A stretch of 64,000 nt of DNA from Monocercomonoides exilis PA203 (Eukaryota > Protista > Preaxostyla), in NCBI GenBank assembly GCA_001643675.2, contig LSRY02000007.1, positions 124,001-188,000 of the forward strand, given 5' to 3'. Below, one piece after another: positions 9,910 through 20,900 of the stretch. Both the position numbers and the translations under genes were made by a program. The notes under the pieces are model-generated. The model had not been told where the DNA came from. It made no database searches and saw nothing but the letters and a program-made list of their open reading frames with translations. Each line of letters begins with the position of its first letter. Positions within the stretch are counted from its first letter, which is position 1.

Positions 9910-12256
9910 ATGTTCAAATTATCATTTACGAAAACATTTTGCACATTTTGCGGGGAATATATTTCGATGAAGCTTGATGGAGATGATTGGATTCTTGGGA
10001 TTAAACGAGGGCTTGCAGACAAGTACGATTTAGACGCACGAGACTTGTATTTCACTCAAAAACAAAAGATCGTACCTGATGACGCGAAAGCAAGGGATAT
10101 CTTTAATGCATGCACATAATTTTTCTTTATTTCTTTATTTCTTTTTATTTTAATATGTATTATGCAAAAAGTATGGAGAAATGGTATATTTGGTGAAACG
10201 AAAATCATTAACCAAAAAAGCTTCCACAACAGCTGAAACGGAAGAAGTTTTACCTAAAATGGAAGAAATAGTTTCATCAGAGTTGCAAAGAGCAAAACCT
10301 TTTTCTGTTCGAGTTACAATTTGCACAGACGAGGCGAAGGGGAAAGTGGTGGTTGTGGAAAACATAAGCCCGGAGATGAAAATTGAGGTTCTGGCTGGAA
10401 GAGTATTTGAGCATCTACACATTCCTGCAGGGAGAATGACAATGGTAACAGAAATGGGAGCAAAAATTTTTGGAACATGGAAAAGTGGACATTTCGAGCT
10501 TCAGGAAAGCTCAGAGGAAAAGCTTGTTTCTAAACTGACTTATTGCGGACAGAGCGGAATAACGTGTCGCATTTATAATTTGATTTCATTCCCCCGACAG
10601 CTTTCGCAAGTTCCTGCACCGATCACATATTCGTCAGCTACTCCACTATCCAATTTGAATCCTTCACAACTTGGATCCGAGACTACCGAACAGGGAACTC
10701 ATGGTACATTTATCCTGCAAGTGAATTATGAGCCAGGAAAGAAAGTATATGTTGAAGCAGAAGGAGAGATGCTGGTGGAAGAATTGAAGAAAAAGCTGGA
10801 GGGAGTGATTGGAACAGCAGTAGAAAAGATGATGCTATTTTGGGGAGAAACTCAGATGGAGGATGATAAATCAATCTCTTCATTTGGTTTCAAGGATGAA
10901 GATAGCATTTATGCATTGGAGAAAAGTAACGGGATGTTTCCCTTGCCGGTCAAAACATTGACGGGAAAGGTCATAAATTTGATGGCTTACAAGTGGATGA
11001 AAGTGAGCGAGCTAAAAGAAAGAATTGCTGAGAAGGATGAAACCCCCGTGAACCTAATGCGTTTGATTTACAACGGCAAGCAATTATCGGATGAGTATGC
11101 GATTTCAGATTACAACATCCAAGAAGGCTCAACTATCTCTCTTGTTTTAAGGCTACGTGGAGGGAAGAGTAAAGAGCTATTTGTGAAGTCGCTCAGAGGG
11201 CAGACGCTGAGGTTTGAGGTGTGGAATGGAGAGACACGAGTGAGAGATATAAAGCGGATGGTGGCAGAAAAAGAAGGGATTCCAGCAGAGCAGCAGAGGC
11301 TATTGTGGGGCGGGAAAGAGCTGAGAGATGAAGTGCTGTTATCCGAATATGGAATGGAAGACAAGTCAACTGCCCATCTGCTGCTCAATCTGAGGGGCGG
11401 ATTCAACATCCGAGTGATGCATTTGGATGGGCGGACAGTGAATGTGGAGGTGGATGGGGCGGAATCGGTGGAGGATGTGAAGCGGAAGGTGACTGCAGTA
11501 GAAGGAGTGGATGTGAGTCAGATGCGGTTGGTGTCTTCGGGGCGGTGGTTGAAAGACTCTCATGTGCTGGAAGATTTCGGGATTGGGCCTGAATCAACGG
11601 TGCATCTGCTGCCAATAAGCAGAGGCGGGATGAGCGGGCCAGGACTTGCCTTTGTGGATGTGACGAAGACGGATGCATTGGTGGAGACGTCATTCAGCAG
11701 CACTGCTCCGCCATGGAGAATGGTGGGGCCTGGAATCAACATCGAAGGGTTTTGCCTCAACGATGGATGCCCAGCGTTTAGCAGGCAGGTGATCTGCCGG
11801 TGGGGGATGAAGCAGTACGATCTCCATGCGAATACTGCATTCTGTCCGTGCTGTCTGGAAAAGATTGTGCCTCTGAAGCCAGGCTTCTTCAGTTGCAAGT
11901 GGCGGATAACAGCAGTGAAAGAGGATGGGACAGTCATGCACATGCCCTGGAAGGAGGCAAGCTATGAAAAGTATACAACATACGACGAGAAGGAAGCTGG
12001 AACAGCCAAGTTCCTGCTGCTGCTTATCGAAGCCAAAGGACAAGAGAGTATTGTGAAGCACCCAACACTGTCATACGATGTGGCTGTGCCGGAGGTGTGC
12101 GGAATTTGCCACAGACACCAGGACAGCAGCTCAGTTCAAGTGTACACGTGTGGGCATGCTTTCCATCGCAATTGTGGGAGCGACTGGGAAGAGACCGTTG
12201 GGGAGTGCCCAGTTTGCCAAATGAAAATGAATAATCAACAGGCGCCTACTGCTTAA
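9910..12256 (+). CDS. Multi-ubiquitin-like-domain protein (about 6 UBLs) with a Cys-rich domain and C-terminal RING-H2; exon 1 9910-10107, exon 2 10172-12256
   Basis: UBL motifs VKTLTGK...RLIYNGKQL...[25 protein letters not shown]...LNLRGG and ...ISRGG. RING-H2 CGIC-x13[10 protein letters not shown]10-CPVC. Upstream exon is UBL-like and in phase with the acceptor AG at 10170-10171. Confidence 0.9.
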
Positions 12257-12521
12257 ATTTAATACTGTAAATTTATAATTTGAAACAAAAAAATTTCATT
12301 TGATTTTATTAGAGTGAACTGTGATTTACAAGTATTTTTATTTATTGATCGATGAAAAGAAAATTTGTGAATCTTTTCAACATTAATTTTGTTAAAGCTT
12401 GCTGAAATATCTGTTTTTTTAAACCGAAGTTCATCAATACGATGAGATTTATTAATTGTTTTTTCATTTTTATAGGATTTTTCCTTTTTGATGTCATGCT
12501 ATCACTCTTGTGGTATTATTA

Positions 12522-14559
12522 GGGTGATTTATTAACCCGAATATTTTTTTGAAAACCCGAATAAAAAATAATCAAATTTATTTTTGATTATTGTGTATTG
12601 ATTTCGTTTTTTAAAAAATATTAATAATTAATATAATCAACAAGCTCTTGTTTCACAATTTTTCGAATATTTCTTTCTTTTTTTTTCATCATCAGAAAAA
12701 TCATCATTTAAAATTTTCAATGGGTTGAATTTTCTTTTTTTCGGTTATTCATCTTCAAACAAAGCCTTTTCAATTTCTTCATTATCTTTTTCTTCATTTT
12801 TTGACTCTTTTCTTTCATCCTTTTCTTTTTTCCATTCTATTAAGAATTCTTCATCGGTAATTAATTTTCCAAAATAATCAAACCTTTTTGTTCTTTTCTT
12901 CAGAGTTACAGAAGGTTCTTTTGGCAGCTTCGCTAACACTTCGTGCCACTGATGTGACAGTACTCCGCTCTTCGCAAATGATGATTTGATTGTAGAAGGC
13001 AACAAAGAAGTTTGTAAAGCTTGTGGAAGCACATCAGCAAGCGCTTCTCGTCGCAAAACAACAGAAGAAGAAGAAGGAGCTTCATAATTAGCATTTATTG
13101 TCTTTTTAAACACAGCAAACACTCCACGGTCCAAAGGCTGTGCGATGTGAGTGGTGTGTGGCACGAAGGTGACGACATCCATTGAAGAATCAACAAACAT
13201 CTTCCATAAGTCTGGCTGTGCTCTTGAAGAATGGGAATCAAGAAGGAGAAGGCAACGTTCATCATTCTTCTTCAAAGTTTCTCTTCTTTGTGTGATCCCT
13301 GGAAGCAACACTTCTTCAGTATATTTGAGGAATAGCGCTTCAATCATCCAGCCTTCACTTTCACCCCAAACATCTAACTGCGAACTCAGAACAAGGCGTA
13401 GTTCATCTGGCAGTTTCCGACAAGACCATAGAACGACGCTTTTTAGGGAGTAGCCATCAGCTGCAGCTGCAACGACGAGAGTTGCATTCGGCATGTTCAT
13501 CGGTGCTTTGGAGAAACCGGCAGGTATGTCGGAAGGATGGAAAACAAGAGAAGAGAAAGAATCAGAGAGTCGAAGAGAAGATTCATCAATATAAAAGATG
13601 AGAGAGTTCGAATAATGATGTTGATCATGAAGGTTTTGCTGAAGAGTGAAAAATGGAAGAAGAGTTTGTTGATTTGATGCAGAGAGCCTTTGGATGTCGA
13701 CGTTTCGAGGGAGTGAAGATTTAAGCTCGGAGTTCCTTTTGGTGTATTGATAAGGATATGCTTTAGAAATTTTCACTTCTTCGTCTTCTTCATCAAAATC
13801 GTCTTTTTTCCTATCATTTATAACAGTGTTCATCTGAATATATAAAAAAATATATAAAACAACAAATTAAATATTGTGACAAACTAATTTCCTCATTTGT
13901 GCAGCATTGTAACTTGTCCCACTTTCACATTCGATTTTTAGTACACCAAATATCGTTTCCTTTTCTTCCTTATTGAATAATTCTGGTCTTCCATTCTGTC
14001 CTACTTTTCTTCCTTTTTCCACAGCTGCAACTGCTCTATCAATTGCCGAGCGAGTAAATTCCTTCATGTTCGCAGCATCAGCAACCCGAGCTTCTCCATT
14101 GGAAATAATCGTTGCAACACGCTCTAATCTACTTTCAATATGTCGATATTGGAAGGATCTCATTAAACTTCTAATTTTCTTTAATCCTTGTTGTTTTTTG
14201 TTTTCCACAACACTCATTTTAAAATATTTTTTGGTTATGATCATTTTTTTATTTAAAAAAAATTTTTTTTTGAAATGAAAAAAAAATTAAAAAAAAATTT
14301 CAATCAAATTCTAACTTAGTCAGCCCCGTTGCTATTACCTAATCTCCTCAGGGGAGGCACTAATCAGAGATGGAGGAGCTAACCCCCCCATCTCCCCCCC
14401 CATCAGAGATTAGGTATAGTAATTTGATCTTAATTTCTGACTTCTGACTTTTCCTTATATACTCAAAACAATTAATAAAATATGAAAAGTGGGTTGATTA
14501 AACTTATAAATAAAAAAAATGTTCGGGTTAAAAAAAATATTCGGGTTAATAAATCACCC
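12522..14559 (-). mobile_element. Apparently intact pogo/Fot1-like DNA transposon, 2,038 bp
   Basis: Perfect 29-bp TIR GGGTGATTTATTAACCCGAATATTTTTTT, TA on both flanks (12520-12521 and 14560-14561), and a second subterminal AACCCGAA at each end. Confidence 0.93.
12745..14217 (-). CDS. DDE_1 (pogo/CENP-B-like) transposase, DD35D, about 473 aa, one 51-nt intron at 13834-13884
   Basis: N-terminal HTH region with a GRP motif; catalytic FYIDES, LLLLDSHSSR and PHTTHIAQPLDRGVF (35 aa between D2 and D3). A phase-0 GTTTG...TTCAG intron joins the two ORFs. Alternative start at 14244. Confidence 0.9.
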
Positions 14560-15087
14560 TATTATTTTCCTGAGCAAGTTAACATAGGTAATTTATTTTT
14601 AAGTTTTCAAATGTGAATAAAATATTTTTTCTCATTTTTCGATGAATGAAGCAATTAAAGGAAAATTCGGACATAATATTGATATGAAAAAAGAAAAAGA
14701 AAGCCTTTTTTATCTTTCTTATCCCATAAGAAATTAGTCTTCATTATTCTTTTTTAAACCAATTCACAATATTTGATTGTTTTTGAAGGTATTTCGACAC
14801 TTTCTTTTTACTTATTTATTATTTGAATAAATATTGAATCTAGGTGAAATTTAATGAAATGAAAATCAATTAAACTGAAACACGAAATGCGATCAATAAT
14901 CATTTGAATTTATTACATTTGAACATAAAGAAGCAACAAAAGAGATTTTAATTGCTGTTGCCGAAGAAAACAATTTTGAAAGAATTAACAAAATTTGAAA
15001 AATAAATTACAATCGTATCATTTCATAATATATATGACATGAGTCTGTATAATCTTTAATAATTTGAGAAATTTGTTCGAAATAAAG

Positions 15088-15702
15088 ATGGCATTAATTC
15101 CTCAAATGCAAGCGCCTGATTTCAAGGCACAGGCTTATTTAGAAGGGAAGATTTATGAGTTCGATTCAGCCTCAATGAAAGGAAAGTATTTTGTTCTGAT
15201 GTTCTACCCATCAGATTTTTCTTTTGTATGTCCAACGGAAATCATTGAGCATTCAAGGGCAATTGATGAATTCAGAAAAATAGGATGCGAAGTTTGCTGT
15301 ATTAGCACTGATTCAGAGTTTACACACAAAGCTTTTGCAGAGACACCACAAGAAAGAGGAGGCCTTGCTCCTATTCGAGTTCCTCTTATCTCCGATCGTA
15401 GTGGGGAAATATCAAGATCATATGGAGTCCTGCTTAAAGAGGGATACTCCATTCGAGCAACATTCATTATTGCACCTTGTGGGAAGATTAGAGCAGTGCA
15501 GATGAATGACTCTACTGTTGGACGTTCTGTAGAAGAAACATTACGTTTGGTTAATGGATTTAAATTCTGCGATGAGAATGGATGTTCATGTCCTGTGAAT
15601 TGGAAGAAAGGAGAGAAAGGAATGCCGATGACAACTGAAGGAGTAATCGAATACATGAAAGAGCATATGAAACCAGAAGGCAGTCAAGCAAAGACTGCTT
15701 AG
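15088..15702 (+). CDS. PRX: Typical 2-Cys peroxiredoxin (AhpC/Prx1 family)
   Basis: APDFKAQA, FYPSDFSFVCPTE (peroxidatic Cys), STDSEFTH, RATFII, VGRSVEETLR, CSCPVNW (resolving Cys). Confidence 0.95.
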   Translation: MALIPQMQAPDFKAQAYLEGKIYEFDSASMKGKYFVLMFYPSDFSFVCPTEIIEHSRAIDEFRKIGCEVCCISTDSEFTHKAFAETPQERGGLAPIRVPLISDRSGEISRSYGVLLKEGYSIRATFIIAPCGKIRAVQMNDSTVGRSVEETLRLVNGFKFCDENGCSCPVNWKKGEKGMPMTTEGVIEYMKEHMKPEGSQAKTA

Positions 15703-16362
15703 CATTTCAAATATGAACGACTTTTTTTTTGCCCTTTGGTTTCATTATCTTTTAATCATTCAAGTTACAATGAAACTGTTTATAGCTTCATTGTTTGTAT
15801 TCAAATTAAAATAGATTGCTATAAAAAAATGAATATCTTTGGAGAATAATGTGGTATTTATTCCAGTTACAAGACTTGCTCAAGCAATGAACACAAATTA
15901 AAATATTGAACATATGTTTAAAATTGTTTTATTTTTTAAGATTTCGGAGACAAACGATGTTTCTATTATTTTTCGAAAAATACTCGCCTTGACATTCAAA
16001 AAAAATTTTACTTCCATTTATGAAAAACTCGATTATTATCAAAATATGAAGGTCCAAACAGGCCATCATTAAGAAAAGAGTACATGCATCACAATAAAAA
16101 TTCAATCTAATGTGAGCATTCTCGATGAAAAGAAAAAGGAAAGTCTCAAATCACAAAAAATTTATCAAAAAAAAAAAAAAAAAAAAATAAAAACATTTCT
16201 TTGTTTCTCTTCCTAATATAACATTAGCTGGTTTTAATAAACAGCCTTATTTGAACTTTTGTGAAGTATTGTTCCAACAATAAAAACAATGTTTTATAAC
16301 ATTTTATTCAAATACAAATCAAATTACAAAAAAATACCGGCGTAACAACTAACACATAGTGA

Positions 16363-17943
16363 CTATATTCGTGCAGGTGGAGGCAAAGGATAGGCAACAC
16401 TGGACTTTTTGAGAGAATGCTGAAATGGAGACTGAATCAGCTGTGATGCAGAAGATGAGGGAGAAGAAGAAAGAGAAGAAGAAGATGAAGGAGAAGTTGA
16501 AGCAACCACTTCATCTTTTTCTCTGCTGCTCTTCAATGACCCACCTGCCTCTCCTGCCTCCTGCGCCTCCTTCATCATCATCATCTTCTTCTTCATCTCC
16601 CTCATCTCCTTCCTCTTCTCCGCCACATCTTCACTCAGCAGCATTCCCAGTGATATGTCTGGATATGCACAGGGAGCATTCGCACTCACACAGCCACAGG
16701 GATTGTCTAACGAAGGGAAGGACTCCATCAGCTGCACTGTGCGACGCTTGGCAGTGTGCTGGTGGATGTTGAAGAGAGAAGAGAGAGAGGAAAGAGAGGA
16801 AAGAGAAGAAGAAGAAGAAGAAGAAGAAGAAGAAGAAGAAGAAGAGGAGGAGGAGGAGGAGGAGGAGGAAGATGAGGTGGAACTGCGGAAAAGAGCTTGT
16901 GGAGAAGGATTGGCAGGAGGAGAAGGGAGTTTTGTGAGAGGGTGGAGGAAGACGGAAGAAGAGAGAAGAGAAGAGAAAGTGTTGAAGATGGCAGACACTC
17001 TGAGAGACCAAGTGGAATACGAAGGAGAAGAGAGAGAAATGGGCACAAAGGAAGAAGAAGAAGAAGAGGAAGAGGAGGAAGAATAAGAACTATTTGATTG
17101 CTCATTGTCAGAAGAGCTGGAAGAAGAAGAAGAAGCAGAAGAAGCAAAAGAAGAAGAAGAAGAAGACGACGACGACGAAGAAGATGATGAAGAATATGAA
17201 TTAGAAGACGAAGCAGACGAGTCCGAGCCATCCGCTCCATCAGCAGCAGATGGCGCATTCGACGAGTAGTAGATGAGATATCCCATCGAGTCAACAAGGT
17301 TGAATGTGCAGCAGTCGGCAAAGGGAAGCATCTGCCCACACAGATGGAGCATAGCACAGATGCCCATGATGAGCCCGTCGCCGTAATTCTCCCACAAATT
17401 GATGGGAAAGCATTCACAGGACGGGTTGTATGGCCTGGAGGGTGGGCGAAGAGAAAGCGAGGAAGAAGAAGAAGAAGAGGAGGAAGAAGAAGAGGAAGAT
17501 GGAGAAGAGGAATTTTCTGAAGAAGAAGAAGAAGAAGTTTGAGAAGGATTTGATCCATTTAAAGCAAAGCTATTTTGAGAGGCATAAGAACACGAGGCGA
17601 AAGAATGAGAGGTGTGGAAAGAGGAAATGAGAGCATCGAAGACAGAACAGCAGACTTCATACAACATTTTGGAATGTGCAGAAAGAGAAGAAGAAGAAGA
17701 AGAAGAGGAAGAAGAAGAAGAAGAAAGAGAAGAAGAAAGAGAAGAAGGATTTACAACACCACTTGCACTGAATGAATTAGAGGAAGCAGTGGCAGAACGG
17801 GAAGAAGGCGCAGAAGAAGAGCTTTTGAAGGGAGATTTCAGATGCTGTTCAGGAGAAGTGGGAGGAGGAGAGACAAATGTGTGTTTCGAATGGGGACTCA
17901 GAAAATACTCAAATGGAGAATAGAACAAATGAGAGGAAGAAGA

Positions 17944-17982
<39 letters not shown>

Positions 17983-20900
17983 AGAAGAAGAAGGAGAAGG
18001 AGAAGGAGATGATGATGATGATGACAATGATGAGAATGATTGAGAATATTGATTGGATTCATCATTTGCACCACCAAATCCTTTTCCTCCTTCCACTCTC
18101 ATCTTCCACATCTCCTCCTTCTTCTCCTCTCTCTCCTTTCCGACTGCTTCTGCAATCTCTTCCTTAACATCAGCAATGGCGTGATACAGCCGATGCACAA
18201 AGTATGTGAAGTAAGGTCTTCTGTGAATGAAGTGTGTCTGAAGAGCAGCTGGTGCCAGAGAGAGAGGGAAAAGAGACAGATTCGGATATCTTGATGAGGA
18301 AGAGGAAGAGGAAGAGGAAGAAGGAGAAGTTGAAGAAGAGGTTGGAGTGGTGGGGGAAGGAGAAGAGGGAGAAGAAGGAGAAGAAGGTGAGACGGGGGCT
18401 GTGTGGGATGAGGAGAAAGAGGCAGAAAGATGAGCTTGGGAAGAAGGAGAAGAAGATGACAATGAAGATGAAGATGAAGGAGTTGTAGATATTTTACATG
18501 AAATAGGACGAGAGGAATTTGTTGGAGTTGAAGAAGAAGAAGAAGAGGAAGAAGAGGAGGAGGAGGAAGAAGTGTGAGAAAGAATAGTTGGTGGGGGAGG
18601 AGGAGAAGAAGAGATGGAAGAAGGAGAGGAAGGAGATGTGGAAACAAGAGAAGAGGAAAAATGGGAAGAGAATGAAGACGAAGCTGAAGCTGAAGACGAA
18701 GACGAAGGGGAGTTTGGAGCAGGGGCATAATTAGCAGAAAGTGTCCGAGAAGAAGGAGAAGTGGACAAGGAAGATGAAAACAACGAAACAGAACCAGAAG
18801 AAGAAGAAGAAGAAGAAGAAGAAGAAGCAGAAGCAGATGAAGGAGAGGCAGAAGGAGAGAAGAAGGAATGATAGCTGAGCTTTTCAGGGTCGATGGCTGT
18901 GTGGATGAGCTCGGCAGGAGTGAGGTAGTCTCCAATGGAAGGCTCTTTCGGGTGGCGGAAGCGGATCGAGGCACGCAGCTCAACAGACTTCCTGCTGAAC
19001 GAGGAAGGAGAAGAGATGGAATCAGATGGAGCATCTTTATCTTTATCTTTATCTTTATCTTTCTCTTTCTCTCTTTCTTTCTGTTTGCTGTCTTCTTTCT
19101 CTTTCAATGCTTTTGCTGCTGTGCTTTTCGCTTTCTTGCCCAAAATTGTGTATTCGATCATATCAACACTGTTACTCTTCTCCTTCTCTTTCTCCTTCTC
19201 CCCTCTCCACTTCATCCTCTCCCTCTCCCTCTCCCTCACATTCATCGTCACTGCCTTCCCATACCCCATCGCCCCTGACCCCAAATTAAACATCTCTGAA
19301 TCAACTGCACTTAGCCCTTCATCCAACAGCAGCACCATCCCCAGCAGATTCCCCAGCCTCGTCATCGCACTCGCAAACTTCCTCAGCTCAGTCGAATGAG
19401 CATACAGCTCTTTCCTTCGCATAAACAGCTTCTTGTCCACGCTGCGTGCGTCTGAAGAAGAGGAAACCGTGTTTTCTCTCCCCAAATACGGCAGAGTGGC
19501 TGCCAATGCGACGCCTGCTGTGACGATCTCTTTGACAGCCGATGGCAGCTCATCTGAAAGCGACAGGAGGAAAAACGAGACTTCTTCAGGCTCAATCCAG
19601 CGCAGGAAGGAAAGGAGGTGAGGGGAAGAGGCAAAGAACTGGGTGTTTGTGCCTGTTGACTCGGCAAAAAGAGAAAGAAGATGTTTTGTGAAGAGTCTTT
19701 CTGGTGGAATGCGATTGAAGCGATGGCGCTGCATCCGGACACAATCAGAGAGAAGGCGAAGACAATCGCCAAAGACAGAAGGGAGAGAAGAGAGGATGGA
19801 GTCAGACTGAGAAGAGGAAGAGGAAGAGAATGACAAAGGAGATAAAAACACACTCGTACATCTCGAAGAAGAAGAAGAAGAAGAAGAGAAAGAAGAAGGA
19901 TCAGATGAAGAAGCCATTCCAACTGGATCACCTCCTTTGAGAAGAGATTGAGGTGGAGTAAGCATCATTCCAGGCACAAAGCGCATTGTGTTGAGGTTGA
20001 AGCGCATTCCCTCCACAACATCATTCACCGCCACATCAGCCATCCTCTGAGAGATGACAGAAGAGAAGCAGACGAGAGAGGACTTGCCTGTGCGGGCATT
20101 CATAATGTCCCTCCACGTGTTGCGTGCTTCAACTCTGCGGAAGAGCGACTGGTGGATCTCAAACAGCACACGCAGCAGAATGTCAGCAGCCACAACAGTC
20201 TCCCTCTTTGAGAAGAGAGCACACGCCACCTTCACATTCTCTGTCAGCATGTCTTCGATGCGCTCCACAAGAAGCGAGGAGAAGTCGATGCGGTGGCCGA
20301 CAATCGACACATTCCTGTCCAAAGTGAGCAGACTTGCGAACGGAATGAACGGCGGAGGAAAGCGAGACACGCCTTGCATCTGCTGCTTTCGTGACCGCAC
20401 TGCAAATGAGTCACCCAGCACAACAGAACCAGACAGCATCAGAGAAATCCGTCTGTGCGAAGGGTCGTTGTCACACGCAGCAGACGAGAGGGATCTGTCG
20501 CCCACAATTCCAGTCACACCTGGCGATACAAGAGACAAAGATGAAGAGGCTGTACGCTCCCCAATGCTGCCACTGCCACTGCTGTTATTGTTGATGCTGC
20601 TTCCATCACCTGCTCCATTCACACTGACTGTTCTTTCTCCTCCTCCTCCATTGATGATACTACTGCCTCCACCAACATAGCTTCCATATCCTCCTCCGCC
20701 ACTTCCTCCACTTCCACTGCTGCTGCTTCCATTCAGAGCCAAAAACACTCCACTCCCATTGCCACTTCCATTCCCACCACTTCCTCCTCCTCCTCCTCCT
20801 CCTCCAACACCTGTGATGCCACTCAGCACACTCAAAATGCCTCCCTTCTTCTTCCTCCTCAGTGACAAGCCCATCTCTCCGAACAGCCGATGCTCCGACC

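Noticed and set aside
12515-14566. Longer TSD (ATTATT) for the pogo-like element
   Set aside because: The insertion sits in a TAT microsatellite; TA is the expected TSD for this transposase family and explains the flanks.
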